NCBI GenBank assembly: GCA_951406725.2
Contig: OX597825.1
Location: 71,238,001 to 71,302,000 of the forward strand
Direction of reading: 5' to 3'
Source of the DNA: Octopus vulgaris
Lineage: Eukaryota
Length of the DNA stretch: 64,000 nucleotides
In this document: one piece after another, positions 24,721 to 37,499 of the stretch
How positions within the stretch are numbered: the stretch's first letter is position 1
Layout: each line of letters opens with the position of its first letter
The notes under the pieces: model-generated
Databases searched by the model: none
What the model saw: only the letters and a program-made list of their open reading frames with translations
What the model was told of the DNA's origin: nothing
Position numbers and translations under genes: made by a program

Positions 24721-26009
24721 GGAAGCTATACACCAATGGAACCGGGAAACTGGCCCTTATGAGTTGAGAAGGAACAAACAACAAGAATGACAAGTCGATT
24801 TGTTTGACTAAACATTTCAAGGTGGTGTCCCAGCATGGCTGCAGTCCAATGACTGAAACAAGTAAAGGATAAAACATATCCATGACTGCACTTAATATAT
24901 TTAATTTGTATAATGGAGAAATTTTTTTCTGTGAAAAAACAAAGCAAAAAAAAAAAAAAAATCAAACAAACCAGATGTAATTACATATATTTTCATTTAT
25001 ATAATGGAACCTGCCCCCTCTTCAAAAATGAAAAAATAAGTATCAGAACTAATCTATAATATTTACTAAGTCCCTGATCCTGCTATTTTGGGCTAGGATG
25101 GAGTGTGGTCTAGTTTTGTAATTACCTTTGAAAACTTAGAGCCAGCAAATAGTTTTTTTTTGTTTTGTTGTTCTTTATTTTTGTTCCGTTGTTTTTTTTT
25201 TCTCAATTGGAAATAACTGTTCTATACTGAGGTCAAAAACAAGAATCAATTTAATTTTGATTGAATAGAGAAATTTCATGTCCATTCATTCTATCATTTT
25301 ATGTTTGTGGTTCATTCGCCACCACCACCACCACTATCCCCCACCTCCCGCACATCACAGGTGGACTTCCACAACAAGAAAAACCAAACAACAGTAGCCG
25401 CAACAAAGCATATAGAATCACACTCTACTCAGTCCATTATTACATTTTAGCTTGACGCATCTTAATTGAACTCATTAATAATACATGGCAATAGAATTAA
25501 CCATAAATAAATATATAAAAAAAAAAACACCCCCCAAAACAGGCAAACAAACAAGAAAGAATAACAAGCATACTAATGGACTGAATTTGATTGCACATTC
25601 TTGATTATTCTCATATTTTCATATCCTGTTTCTATTTCTGTTTAATCCGATGCCCCCTCATAGTTTAAATTTGTGTAAGGGGAGGCTGTGTGAATTTATT
25701 ACAGGGACAGGGTGAAATAAAAAGGTAAAAGGTGCTGTCTTCATTATCATCATTCGATGTCCACTTTTTACATGCTTGCCAATGGAGCAAGTGGAATTTG
25801 TTGAGTCAAATTTTCTCTGCCTGGATGCCCTTCCTGCTGCCAACATTCAACTGTTTCCAGGCAAAGTAATAATTTCCCATAGCGAGACATGCTTTTAATG
25901 AAAGATTGGAGACAAATCGACATTGCGTGTATAATGGTAATGCTTATTTATGACCACCATGTGACATCAGTTCAAGACTGCACTCAAATGCATAAACACA
26001 TACACACAT

Positions 26010-26186
26010 AGGCGAAGGAGTGGCTGTGTGGTAAGTAGCTTGTTTACCAACCACATGGTTCCGGGTTCAGTCCCACTGCGTGGCACCTTGGGCAAGTGTC
26101 TTCTACTATAGCCTCGGGCCGACCAAAGCCTTGTGAGTGGATTTGGTAGATGGAAACTGAAAGAAGCCCGTCGTATATATGTATGT

Positions 26187-26222
<36 letters not shown>

Positions 26223-26430
26223 ATATGTTTGTGTGTCTGTATTTGTCTCCCTAGCATTGCTTGACAACCGATGCTGGTGTGTTTATGTCCCCGTTACTTA
26301 GCGGTTCGGCAAAAGAGACCAATAGAATAAGTACTGGGCTTACAAAAGAATAAGTCCCGGGGTCGAGTTGCTTGATTAAAGGCGGTGCTCCAGCATGGCC
26401 GCAGTCAAATGACTGAAACAAGTAAAAGAA
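26010..26430 (+). mobile_element. SINE family A, full length, low divergence
   Basis: ggcgaaggagtggctgtgtggtaag (A box)...ggttcagtccc (B box)...accttgggcaagtg...gactgaaacaagtaaaaga. Confidence 0.95.
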
Positions 26431-27809
26431 AAAAAATTTTTTTAAATGCACACACACACACACACACACGACAGGATTCTTTCAGTTTCTGCCTACCAAA
26501 TCTATTCACAAAGCTTTGGTCACCTTGAGCTATTGTAGAAGATATTTGCTCAAGGTGCCACGCAGCAGGACTGAACCTGAAACCACATGGCTAGATAGCA
26601 AGCTTATTCACTGCACTGCTATCCCTGTGCCTATTACAATGAAATACACACGTATGTATTTCAATGTCCACTTTTCTATGCTTGCATGTGTCAGATAGAG
26701 TTCATCAAGGTAGATGTTTTATAGCAGGATGCCTGTCCTGTTGCCAAAACTTACCTGTTTTCTAAATAAGTAATATTTCCCCTTGGCCTGACATGTTTTT
26801 GCAGAACATTGGAAATGAATGACATTCATTTACAAAAATCATAGAGCCACAAATCTATACATGCCCACACTCTAGCACACACACACACATGCACACATGT
26901 TTATACGCACACACACACACACACAGACGTTTATACACACACACATACACATGTTTATACATACACATACACGTTTATACACACACGTTTATATATACAC
27001 ACGTTTATATATACACATGTTTATACACAAACATACACGTTTATACACACACACATGTTTATACACACACATGATGAGTCTATGAAATCCATTCTCATGG
27101 CTTTGGCTAGCCTGGAGTAAAGCAGAAGATACTTGCACAAGATGCCACACAGTGGGACTGATTGAAACTAAGCGATTGGAAAATAAGCTTCTTAACCACA
27201 CACACACACACACACACACATGTATGCATACATGCATGTAGCAAAATAATGGAGGACCTGAACAACGATTAACAGAACAGCTCCCATCCACCCATTCAAA
27301 ACAGAAAAAATCCAGCATCGCTGAACCCATTCCATCACCCATCTTCCTTACCAAGAGTCATTACAATTTCAGCAGCTTGTATTTTTTGCTTTTTAACCTA
27401 TCATTATACATGGTATGTCTCTTTTCAATGTGGACAGGAAATGAATTCTTCCCCACCCTCAAATTAAGGCTATTTAGAAACAGGGTTATGTATTTATTTG
27501 TCTACTTATTCATTCATGGTTTAGTTTTGTTGCTGCAGATAATGTTGTTGTTTGGACTTCATTTGTTTCCCTCCATTGATTGCAGCCTTTTCGTCCCAGT
27601 TTATTCATTTATGCTAAATATATATCTCCAAATGACTTACTTCTGTCTTTCTCTCTTGCTTTTGAAATCACTTTATATGAATGTTAGAATGGAGGTCGAT
27701 GGAACAATGAGTCGATGGCTGATAGGGAAATGCAGGAAATTACTTTGAACTTTTATAATATTTCTGTTTTATATTCATCTTAGAAAATAGCCGTCTCTCT
27801 ATATATATG

Positions 27810-27858
<49 letters not shown>

Positions 27859-27932
27859 TTGTTTACATACATATATATATATATAAAAGTTTGGCAATGC
27901 AAATAGGAAAAATAGGACTCAAAACATGAGTT

Positions 27933-27986
<54 letters not shown>

Positions 27987-28897
27987 CACACAAGCAGAAA
28001 ACAATGTGGAAAAAATAGTACTTGAATACCAAGGGTAGAGTAATTTGCTTTATTATAAAAGCTGCAAAATATTTTGAATATTTTGCAGCCTTTATAATAA
28101 AGTATATATGTGTGTCATCATCATCATCATTTAACGTCTGCTTTCCATGCTAGCATGGGTTGGATGATTTGACTGAGGACTGGCAAACCAGATGGCTGCA
28201 CCAGGCTCCAATCTGATCTGGCAGAGTTTCTACAGCTGGATGCCCTTCCTAATGCCAACCACTCCGAGAGTGTAGTGTTTCACTGGTACTTAATTTATCG
28301 ACCCTGAAAAGATGACAGGCAAAGTTGACCTCAGTGAAATAATGATAATAATAATAATAATAATTCTTTCTACTATAGGCACAAGGCCTGAAATTTTTTG
28401 GGGGAGGGGGCTAGTTGATTAGATTGACCCTAGTATGCAGCTGGCACTTAATTTATCGACCCCGAAAGGATGAAAGGCAAAGTTGCCCTTCGTGGAATTT
28501 GAACTCAGAACGATTCTACCAGTTCACCACCTTAATAATAATAATAATAATAATAATTACTTCTTAAATAGACACTAAGGCCTGATATTTGGTAGGGAGT
28601 TAGGTGTGGTTTGATTCAATGGACCCTAGTAATTGTAGTTTATTTAATCAACTTTGAAAAAGATGCAAAGGAATATATACATAGAACATGAAAGAGCTAG
28701 CGCAAATGCCACAAGGTATTTTGTCTGATGCCCTAGCGATTCTCCCCATCCATCAGTTTCAGTAATAGCGTCGGCACGAAACCAGATATTTCTTGAGAGG
28801 CGAGATGGTAGATTTTATTGACTCTAGGCACTTGGCTTGTGTTTTATTTTATTGTATTTCCTGGCATACAAGTCGACATTAATATATAGTGTAAACA

Positions 28898-29294
28898 AGG
28901 CGGTGAGCTGGCAGAAATGTTGGCACAGTGGGTGAAATGCTTAGTGGTATTTTGTCTGTCTTTACATTCTGAGTTCAAATTCCGCTGAGGTCGACGTTGC
29001 CTTTCATCCTTTCGGGGTTGATTAATAAGTGCCAGTTACGCACTGGGGTCAATGTAATCGACTTAATCCGTTTGCCTGTCCTTGTTTGTCCTCTCTATGT
29101 TTAGTCCCTTGTGGGTAGTAAAGAAATAGGTATTTTGCCTGTCTTTACGTTCTGAGTTCAAATTCCGCTGAGGTCAACTTTGCCTTTCATCCTTTCTGAG
29201 TTGATAAAATTAAGTACTGGTTGCATATTGGGGTCTATATAATCAACTGGCACCCTCCCCACAAATTTCAGACCTTGTGCCTAGTGTAGAAAAG
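28898..29294 (+). mobile_element. Family C SINE (partial dimer) with 17-bp TSD
   Basis: TSD aatatatagtgtaaaca at 28881-28897 and 29295-29311. Confidence 0.9.
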
Positions 29295-29464
29295 AATATA
29301 TAGTGTAAACATGTAATGCAAACTTTCAACCATTGTCTCTATCTTTCTTATTCCTGCTGCTTTTCACATAGAATTTTTGGTCCTCCAAGTCATCTTGGTG
29401 TATAAGTTGACCTATCTTTATTTTGCTATAAATTTTGGTCTGAAAAATTTGATTTATATACCAG

Positions 29465-29811
29465 TGTAACAGGATGGGAGTTCAGGAACACTGGAGGGGT
29501 GTCCGATCTGATCCTGTCACATACAATTTAAGTCGAATAAACGGAGACAAAGTCAGGCTGTCTTCGATAACAGCAAGTGGTGGTTTATTTTGCGGTTACA
29601 GGTAAGAACTAGTGCACGTGTATCTCTAGAAGGGAAACTGGCAGCCGAATCCGCAGGACTGGTTGCGATGCTTTCTTGTTGCGAGTCAAGACGATTTGTC
29701 GGTTCGCTCCCGCTTCGTTGGGGTGAGGTTCTCTGAGTGTAGGGTCATTCCCTGAGAGAAAGCCAAGCCACGTCCGATCGCTTGCGCTGCTCATGCCAGC
29801 ATATTCCTACA
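29465..29811 (-). mobile_element. Solo LTR (347 bp), probably Gypsy-type
   Basis: TGTA...TACA termini, 4-bp TSD ccag (29461-29464, 29812-29815), GC/CpG-rich; strand inferred from AATAAA on the minus strand near 29585. Confidence 0.85.
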
Positions 29812-30199
29812 CCAGAAAATATGGTATCGATCTCAGAATGATGCAATGGCAATGCCGAACTCAGCGGGATTTCAAAGAGAGCATTAATATGCCGTTAGAA
29901 AACGTTGCAAAGCCTTTTGTCTGACGCACCAACAGTTCCTGCCAATCCTCTAACAAGAATAACAGTGACTGGAGAAGAAGGGTTAAAAACAAGCACCATG
30001 TTAAAAAAAAAGACCAAACAAACAAGGAATATGATGAAAATATTAAACACTAAGGGCTCATTTCATCTCTTATAAATAAACAGAAATCCTAATCTGTGAT
30101 ACTGACATACAAACAATCTAGTGTTCTCAATAGATACAAATAGTCCCCACCATGGATTGCATAAGGAGGTTGGGGTGGTCCTAAATACATAAACAGTAA

Positions 30200-30390
30200 C
30201 TGTGTGTGAGTATGTGTGTGTTTGTGTGTGTTTGTGTGTATGTGTGTGTATATATATGTATATATGTGTGTATATATATGTGTATATATGTGTGTATATA
30301 TATATGTGTGTATACATATATATGTGTATATATATATATATGTGTGTGTATATATGTATGTATATATGTACGTATATGTATATATGTGTG

Positions 30391-30429
<39 letters not shown>

Positions 30430-30645
30430 GTGTGTATATATATATGTGTATATATATGTATGTATATATGTGTGTATATGTGTGTATATATATATATGTA
30501 TATATATGTGTATATATGTGTATATATATATATATGTGTATATATACATGTATATATGTGTGTATATGTGTATATATATATATCTATATATGTGTGTATA
30601 TATATATATATATATGTACATCTGTGTGTATGTGTATATTTATAA
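30200..30645. repeat. Long degenerate (TA/TG)n microsatellite
   Basis: Direct reading; similar tracts at 37170-37510, 40340-40680, 56800-57100 and 60720-60915. Confidence 0.95.
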
Positions 30646-32176
30646 TTGTGTGTTAAATACATGTTATGGACAAGCAGATTTATCAACATGGCATCACAAC
30701 GTAAATCTGTATCATCAATAATGTGTGTGTATTCGGTAATGTGTATGTGTGTGTATATATCTGTTTGTGTACACACAGAGTAACTAACACAACTTGAAGG
30801 GAGTGGAGGGAAAGATAACTGATAAAAAAAAAAAGGGTGGTGGGGTCTGTGGGAACGAGAGGGGAGTAGCCGGTGATATCAAAGACAGTGCTTAGTCTTT
30901 GGAACGAGAATGGGGAGACGTGGCGGTGGAACAGAACGAAGAACGTTCTCATCAGCGTGTATACATTTACACATACTTGCAAACATACACATACAGACAT
31001 ATTTACATACACATGTATATACATTCACACACACACACACACACACGTTGAATATGATAATATTGGAGTAAGTGCTAAAAATATCAACAAGTGAAATTGA
31101 ATTTAATTATCAGCTGAAATTAATTATCAGCCTCAGCCCTGGCACCAGGTTACAAATATAGAATTACAGACATATCTTCTTCTGTGAGAGAAGAGTTTTG
31201 GATGAGGAGCAAAGATGCTGAGGGTAGTGGTTGTTGATGGATGTGTGCTGTGGAGAGGTGGGAAAGGGGTGGCCAGTGTGTGTTAGTATATATATGTATA
31301 TGTGTGTGTGTGTATAAGTGTTATTATAGTGATAGTCTTCTTGCCTTTTTAGGGTTTAACCCCATGGAGAAAAGTGGTTCCTTTCTTTATATAAACCAGT
31401 CACTGGTGTTCTAGCAAATAGCTTCAGATAAATCTGACTCATACAGAGGCTAATATGTCTTTGTTCAATAATATCCAGATTTGATATCCACTTCTTTTAA
31501 ATAATAAAAGAATAATTTTTTTTTTTTCTGTCTCTCTGATTTTTTTTCTGTTTGTTTCCCTAACAATCTATTTTCTTTATGAAATTTGCAAAGTAAATTA
31601 GCAAAACAGACAAATAATGTCACGAACAGTTATTCTACTTCATGTTTATGTTATTGATTTTTTAAACTTCTTTTCTCTTTCTAATATTCCAATTGCAACA
31701 TGCTCCAATCTCTGTTAGATTTCATCAGTCTAATTCTGAAATTTTAAACTTGAAGAAAAATAATTTTTTGTGTAGTTATTATGATTTTCTATTTTTGTAA
31801 CCACATTGTGACTACAAATAATATTTTTTTTAAACTAAGCACTTGATCTCCAAAATTACACAAATTTAATTCTCTTTTCGGCTTAAATTTCAAAATTGCA
31901 TTGACAAAATCTAACAGATTGAAATGCTTATGTGAGTGGAATATTTGAATATCAAATCAATACAAAATATAATTTTTTTTTTTTTTACAAATTTATATTT
32001 CAAAATAGAGTACTTAGAACTCTTCATCATTACAGGAGACAAAGCAGCTTCACTAGTGCTGGTGCCATGGTAAAATGCACTTTGTACTCTCTCTCCATAA
32101 AGTGGTTAGTGTTAGTATGGGTATCAGTCCATAGTAACCTTCCTAAAATGGAACATACTTGTACTTGTGGCAACAT

Positions 32177-32526
32177 TCACCATGGGCGGGTTGAGTCGGC
32201 TTCTTCCTTGGAAGAAGTTTCGTGGGAATATGTGGATTTCACAAGCGGTCCCCAACAATCCCGCATGTAGAGACATCCTGTTTGCCGCAGATTGTCCGCA
32301 GACGCAGGGACAGAATGACCGAGGAGCCGCCAGTTGCTGAAACAGACACTCCGAGGATTTTCACCAGAGCCCCATCTGCCGGGTTGTGGCTCTAATACCA
32401 CTCAGTGTCAGACCAATCCGCCTTGGGTGGCCCTACCAGGACCCGAAGTTCCTGACGGCATAGCTCTGACACTACACGTTGTCAGCATCCCCACCACGGT
32501 GAGGAGGGGATGGACTTTGAGGACGC
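32177..32526 (-). mobile_element. 5' UTR of an RTE-clade LINE (structured leader), no ORF attached
   Basis: Minus strand CCGTGGTGGGGA...GAGCTATGCCG..CAGGA..TCCTGGTAGGGCCACCCAAGGCGGA..GGTC resembles Rex3/Expander/BovB 5' leaders from memory. Confidence 0.6.
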
Positions 32527-33039
32527 AAAAAAATAGAACATAGTGAAATGTGGTCCTTGATCCATCAAAGAGAGCTCTATGCATAAGAACTGACTTGGAT
32601 TACAGTGGTCTGTCCACCCCATGTCAGCATATATTTCTGTGCATGCATGCATGCATCTAAGAATATCTTTTACAGCAATGGAAACTAAATATTTGTGAGA
32701 AACTTTAGAAAGCACAAAACACTAATTAAATAAAATGAAATTTACTTTAATACAAGCAGTGTATTTCCTGTTGTGTAAAAGATTCTGTGTTCTGGCACTT
32801 AATCTAAAGAATAGCACAATGATAATGAGGTTAAAAAGGGACCAAATCGTCATTTAACATTCACCTTTCCATGATCGCATGGGGCAGACAGAAAACTGTC
32901 TATGACTGGATGCCCTTCCTGTTGCTAACCCTCACTTGTTTCTAAGCAACATGGAAATGTACAATCTCACTTGTATGACAGGATGGTGATGCTTATTTAC
33001 AATCATTACGTGATCTCTAGAAAAGGGTGCTCATATATG

Positions 33040-34670
33040 CATTACTGGAGTCAATGTAGTTGACAACCCTTGCCTCAAAAATTGCTGGCCTTGTGCCAAA
33101 ACTTGAAATCATCATCATCAACATCATTATTATTAAGGCAATGAGCTGGCAGAGTTGTTAGCATTACCAAGCAAGATGCTTAGCTATATTTCATCCACCT
33201 TTACTTTCTGAGTTCAAATTCTGCCGGAGGTGACTTTGCCTTTCATGGTTGATAAAACAAGTACCAGTTGAGTACTGGGGTCAATGTAATCGACTTACCC
33301 CCTCCCCTAAAACTTCAAACCTTGTGCCTTTATTAGAAAGGATTAATATTATTATCATCATCATCATAGGCGCAGGAGTGGCTGTGTGGTAAGTAGCTTG
33401 TTTACCAACCACATGGTTCTGGGTTCAGTCCCACTGCGTGGCACCTTGGGCAAGTGTCTTCTACTATAACCTCGAGCCAGCCAAAGCCTTGTGAGTGGAT
33501 TTGGTAGACGGAAACTGAAAAGAAGTCCATCGTATATATGTATATATATGTGTGTGTGTGTATGTGTGTCTGTTTGTCCCCCTAGCATTGCTTGACAACC
33601 GATGCTGGTGTGTTTATGTCCCCGTTACTTAGCAGTTCGGCAAAAGAGACCAATAGAATAAGTACTGGGCTTACAAAAGAATAAGTCCCGGGGTCGATTT
33701 GCTTAACTAAGGGTGATGCTCCAGCATGGCCGCAGTCAAATGACTGAAACAAGTAAAAGAGAAAAGAGTAAAGAGTAAGGTGGTGAGCTGGTAGAGCCAT
33801 TAGCATACCAGATAAAATGCTTTGCGGTATTTCATCTGTCCCTATGTTATGAGTTCAAATTTGCCTTTCATCCTTTCAGTGATGAACCAGCTGAGTACTG
33901 GGGTCGATGTAATTGACTAGCCCCTCCACCAAAATTACTGGCTTTATACTAAAATTTGAAATCATCATTATTATTATTATTATTATTGTAAGGTGTTGAG
34001 CTGGAAGAATCGTTAGCACGCCGGGCGAAATGGCTAGTGGTATTTCATCCATAGCTGCATTCTGAGTTCAGATTCTGCTGAGGTCGACTTTGCCTTTCAT
34101 CCTTTCAGGGTCAATTAAACAAGTACCAGTTATGCACTGGGGTCAATGTAATCGACTTAATCCCTTCCCCCAAATTTGGTTCCTTGTGCTTCCAGTAGAA
34201 AGGATTAATATTGTTGTTGTTAAGGTGGCAAGCTGGCAGAATTGTTAGCATGCTTGACAAAGTCCTTAGCGGTATTTTGCCTGTTGCTATGTTCTGAGTT
34301 CAAATTCTGCCATGGTCAGCTTTACCTTTTATCCTTTCAGGGTCGATGAATTGAGTACCAGTGAAACACTGGGGTCAATGTAATTGACTAGTCCCCTCCC
34401 CGAAAGTTTCAGACCTTGTGTCTATAGTAGAAAGGATTATAATTGTTTATTATTATTATTATTATTGTTAAGGCAGTGAGTTGTCAGAATCTTTAGCAAA
34501 CTTAGTGGCATTTCATCTCTCGTTTTGTTCTGAGCTCAAATTCTTCCAAGATTAAATTTACCTTTCATTCTTTCGGAGTTGATGAAATAAGTATCAATCA
34601 AAGCACTGGGGTTGATGTAATTGACTATCCCCCCTTCCCTCCAAATTCTTGGCCTTGTGCCAATAGCAGA
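33040..34670 (+). repeat. Head-to-tail array of family C SINEs separated by (ATT/ATC)n
   Basis: Units start near 33135, 33777, 33990, 34221 and 34470 with aagg..gagctgg.aga; interrupted by a family A copy. Confidence 0.85.
33368..33775 (+). mobile_element. SINE family A, full length
   Basis: Near-identical to 26010..26430. Confidence 0.95.
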
Positions 34671-35290
34671 ATGAGAGTATTCATAGCTTTATATATGCTT
34701 TGAGACCCAATTCCAAACTAAAGAATTATTTCTTTTCTACTCTAGGCACAAAGCCCGAAATTTTTGGGGAGTGGGCCAGTCAGTTTATATTAATCAACTG
34801 GTACTTAATTTATCGACCCTGAAAGGACGAAAGCAAAGTCGACCTCAGTGGAATTTGAACACAGAACGTAAAGACAGAAGAAATACTGCTAAGCATTTCT
34901 GCCAGCTCTCCTTCAAACTAAGCAATTACATCACAAAAATTTTTGTGGGAGTAATGTAATTAGAAGAGCAAAAATAACATCTCTTTCATGTTGTGTGTGT
35001 TGGATTCCTATCTAGCTGAATAGAATTAACCTTTCATTAGAAGTACCAGTTGTGTACTTGGAGGGGGGGGGGGGTCAGATTCAATCAACTATACAACTCT
35101 GCCCTGCAAAATGCATAACCCTTGTACTGATGTAAGAAACCCTTATTAGCTGCTCCCTAATTATCTCTAATTGCCTGCCTCAACAATTTTCATTTGATTT
35201 TTCAAAATTCCTTTATCCTTCCTATAAGCATTTGTTGAGTTGTTTGAAATTCTCTCCCTCTCCACACACACACTCATATGTGTGTGTGTA

Positions 35291-35326
<36 letters not shown>

Positions 35327-35359
35327 TGTATGTATGTATGTATGTATGTATATCATGTG

Positions 35360-35640
35360 ATCACCGTGACCGACCAGGCTATCAAATGTTGCTACACATT
35401 GCTGGTCACTATGCTTCACATTGTTTTAGCCTTCAAATGATGCCACCCCACTGGCGAAGCAAGCAGGCTAACAGAAGAAAGAGTGAGAGAAATTTGTGGC
35501 AAAAGAGTACAGCAGGGATCGCCACCACCCCCTGCCAGAGCTTTGTGGAGTTTTGGGTGTTTTCATTCAATAAACACTCACAACGCCTGGTCTGGGAATT
35601 GAAACCACGATCCTACGACTGTGAGTCCACTGCCCTAACC
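35360..35640 (-). mobile_element. SINE family D variant with a different 3' module
   Basis: Shares gagtgagagaaa.ttgtggcaaaagagt body with 21832 and 49545, but a distinct tail before (TATG)n. Confidence 0.7.
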
Positions 35641-35744
35641 ATATATATAGTCCATCTATATCTCCCTAGCTGTATTTGTCTCTATCTACCTCTTTCACTT
35701 GTTCTCTGTATTTGTATGTGCTTGTATATACATATTTGCATGTA

Positions 35745-35786
<42 letters not shown>

Positions 35787-36066
35787 GTGAAGGCGCATGG
35801 CTTTATAATGGAACAAGATACCCCAAAAGTATCATACCTTTCTATTTCACATTGCTCCAGTCCAGTCAGCTTGCAAAAATGAGTAGTACCTGTATTTCAA
35901 AGGGCCGGCCTTGTCACACTCTGTGTCATGCTGAATCTCCTAGAGAACTTCATTAAGGGTACATGTGTCTGTGGAGTGCTCAGCCACTTGCATGTTAATT
36001 TCTCGAGTAAGCTATTCCATTAATCATATCAGGTGGGGTCCTAGTCGTCGTAACCAACGGAGTGCT

Positions 36067-36096
<30 letters not shown>

Positions 36097-36100
<4 letters not shown>

Positions 36101-36372
36101 TTTATAATTAGGCTTCAGCAAAGATTTGCTTCACCACATACCGAAGTTTAGAAATAGCAGTCAAAAAATTCTTAGCTATTCCTTTAAAGTAGAAGGAATA
36201 GCTAAGATTTTTTGACTGCTATTTCTAAACTTCAGTATATGGTGAAGCAAATCTTTGCTGAACCCTATTTATAAAGTATCACTTAAGCTTACCATGAAAT
36301 GGTCTTTTTCATGCCGAATTCTACTTGGTGAAATTACTGATTACTTCTTATTTAATTTTACCCTTTGTTATT
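36097..36372. mobile_element. Palindromic insert in (TA)n (imperfect 183-bp palindrome 36097..36279 plus 3' extension)
   Basis: ~88-bp arms with few mismatches, 8-nt loop taaagtag; same architecture as 18671..19095. Confidence 0.75.
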
Positions 36373-36618
36373 ATATATATATATATATATATGTAAAAAG
36401 TAAAAAATATATACAAACTGGGACAAGAACGTGAAACACCTAGAAGACGACACAAGAACCACAGGACGGGACATTCGAAGCTCTCAGTCATCAGTCAAGA
36501 ACCGGATCATCTTCGCAATTTCGGCTGATATATATATATATATATAAGTATGCAAGTATATATATGTGTGTGTGTATATCTATCTACCTATCTCTCTCTC
36601 TCTCTCATTCTCTGTATT

Positions 36619-36657
<39 letters not shown>

Positions 36658-37179
36658 CTATGTATCTCTACCTGTCTATCTGTCTTATTTCATTTTATTT
36701 AATTTAATATTTAGCAGCATGTGTTTGAGGATGAGAAAGTCAGAGCAAATCTGTGTCACATATTAAAGTCATTGTTTAACTTACACATGGCCTGACATAA
36801 GTGACTCAGCTGCTTTTGGACTTTTTCTTTTCTTTACCTTTTTTTCCCCTCTCTTCTCACCCACTTTCTTCCTTAGGCCACACTACTCCCTTATCCCCCT
36901 GCTTCTTCCTTCAACCTCCTTTGAGTCTTGAGGGATATATGCAGAGCACTAGAGGAAGTCATTTGTTAGTATATTAATCAGCTGTTCTTTGTGCTTTTAT
37001 AAATACATACATACATATGGACATTATATACACGCGGCGCGGCGTGTATGTGTGCGTGTGTCATAGAAAAGGCAGCATTTGAAAACATGCTTTATACTTT
37101 AAGCTGACAGGTTTACGTAACATACGTGTGTATGCATACTTATACATCCATATTTGTATGCAGTATATATGCGTTTATA

Positions 37180-37244
<65 letters not shown>

Positions 37245-37456
37245 GTATGTATGTATGTATGTATATGTATGTATGTATATGTATGTATGTATGTATATGT
37301 ATGTATGTATGTATATGTATGTATGTATGTATGTATATGTATGTATGTTTATGTATGTATATGTATGTATATGTATGTATGTATGTATATGTATGTATGT
37401 ATATGTATATATATATGTATGTATGTATATATATGTATATATATATGTATGTATGA

Positions 37457-37499
<43 letters not shown>

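Larger units (their letters stand above)
28850..29826. mobile_element. Tc1/mariner (pogo/Tigger-like) MITE hosting a SINE and a solo LTR
   Basis: Left end tattgtatttcctggcatacaagtcgac; right end ttgatttatataccag|aaaatatggta split by the LTR; the ends are degenerate inverted repeats. Confidence 0.55.

Noticed and set aside
25967-26257. Recurrent peptide ...RGYSRRHLPKVPRSGTEPGTMWLV... as a gene family
   Set aside because: Antisense translation of SINE family A copies
30063-30776. Long Y/I/H/T or C/V/Y-rich ORFs (also 37126-37645, 40014-40763, 56778-57356, 60629-61014)
   Set aside because: Microsatellite translations open in several frames on both strands
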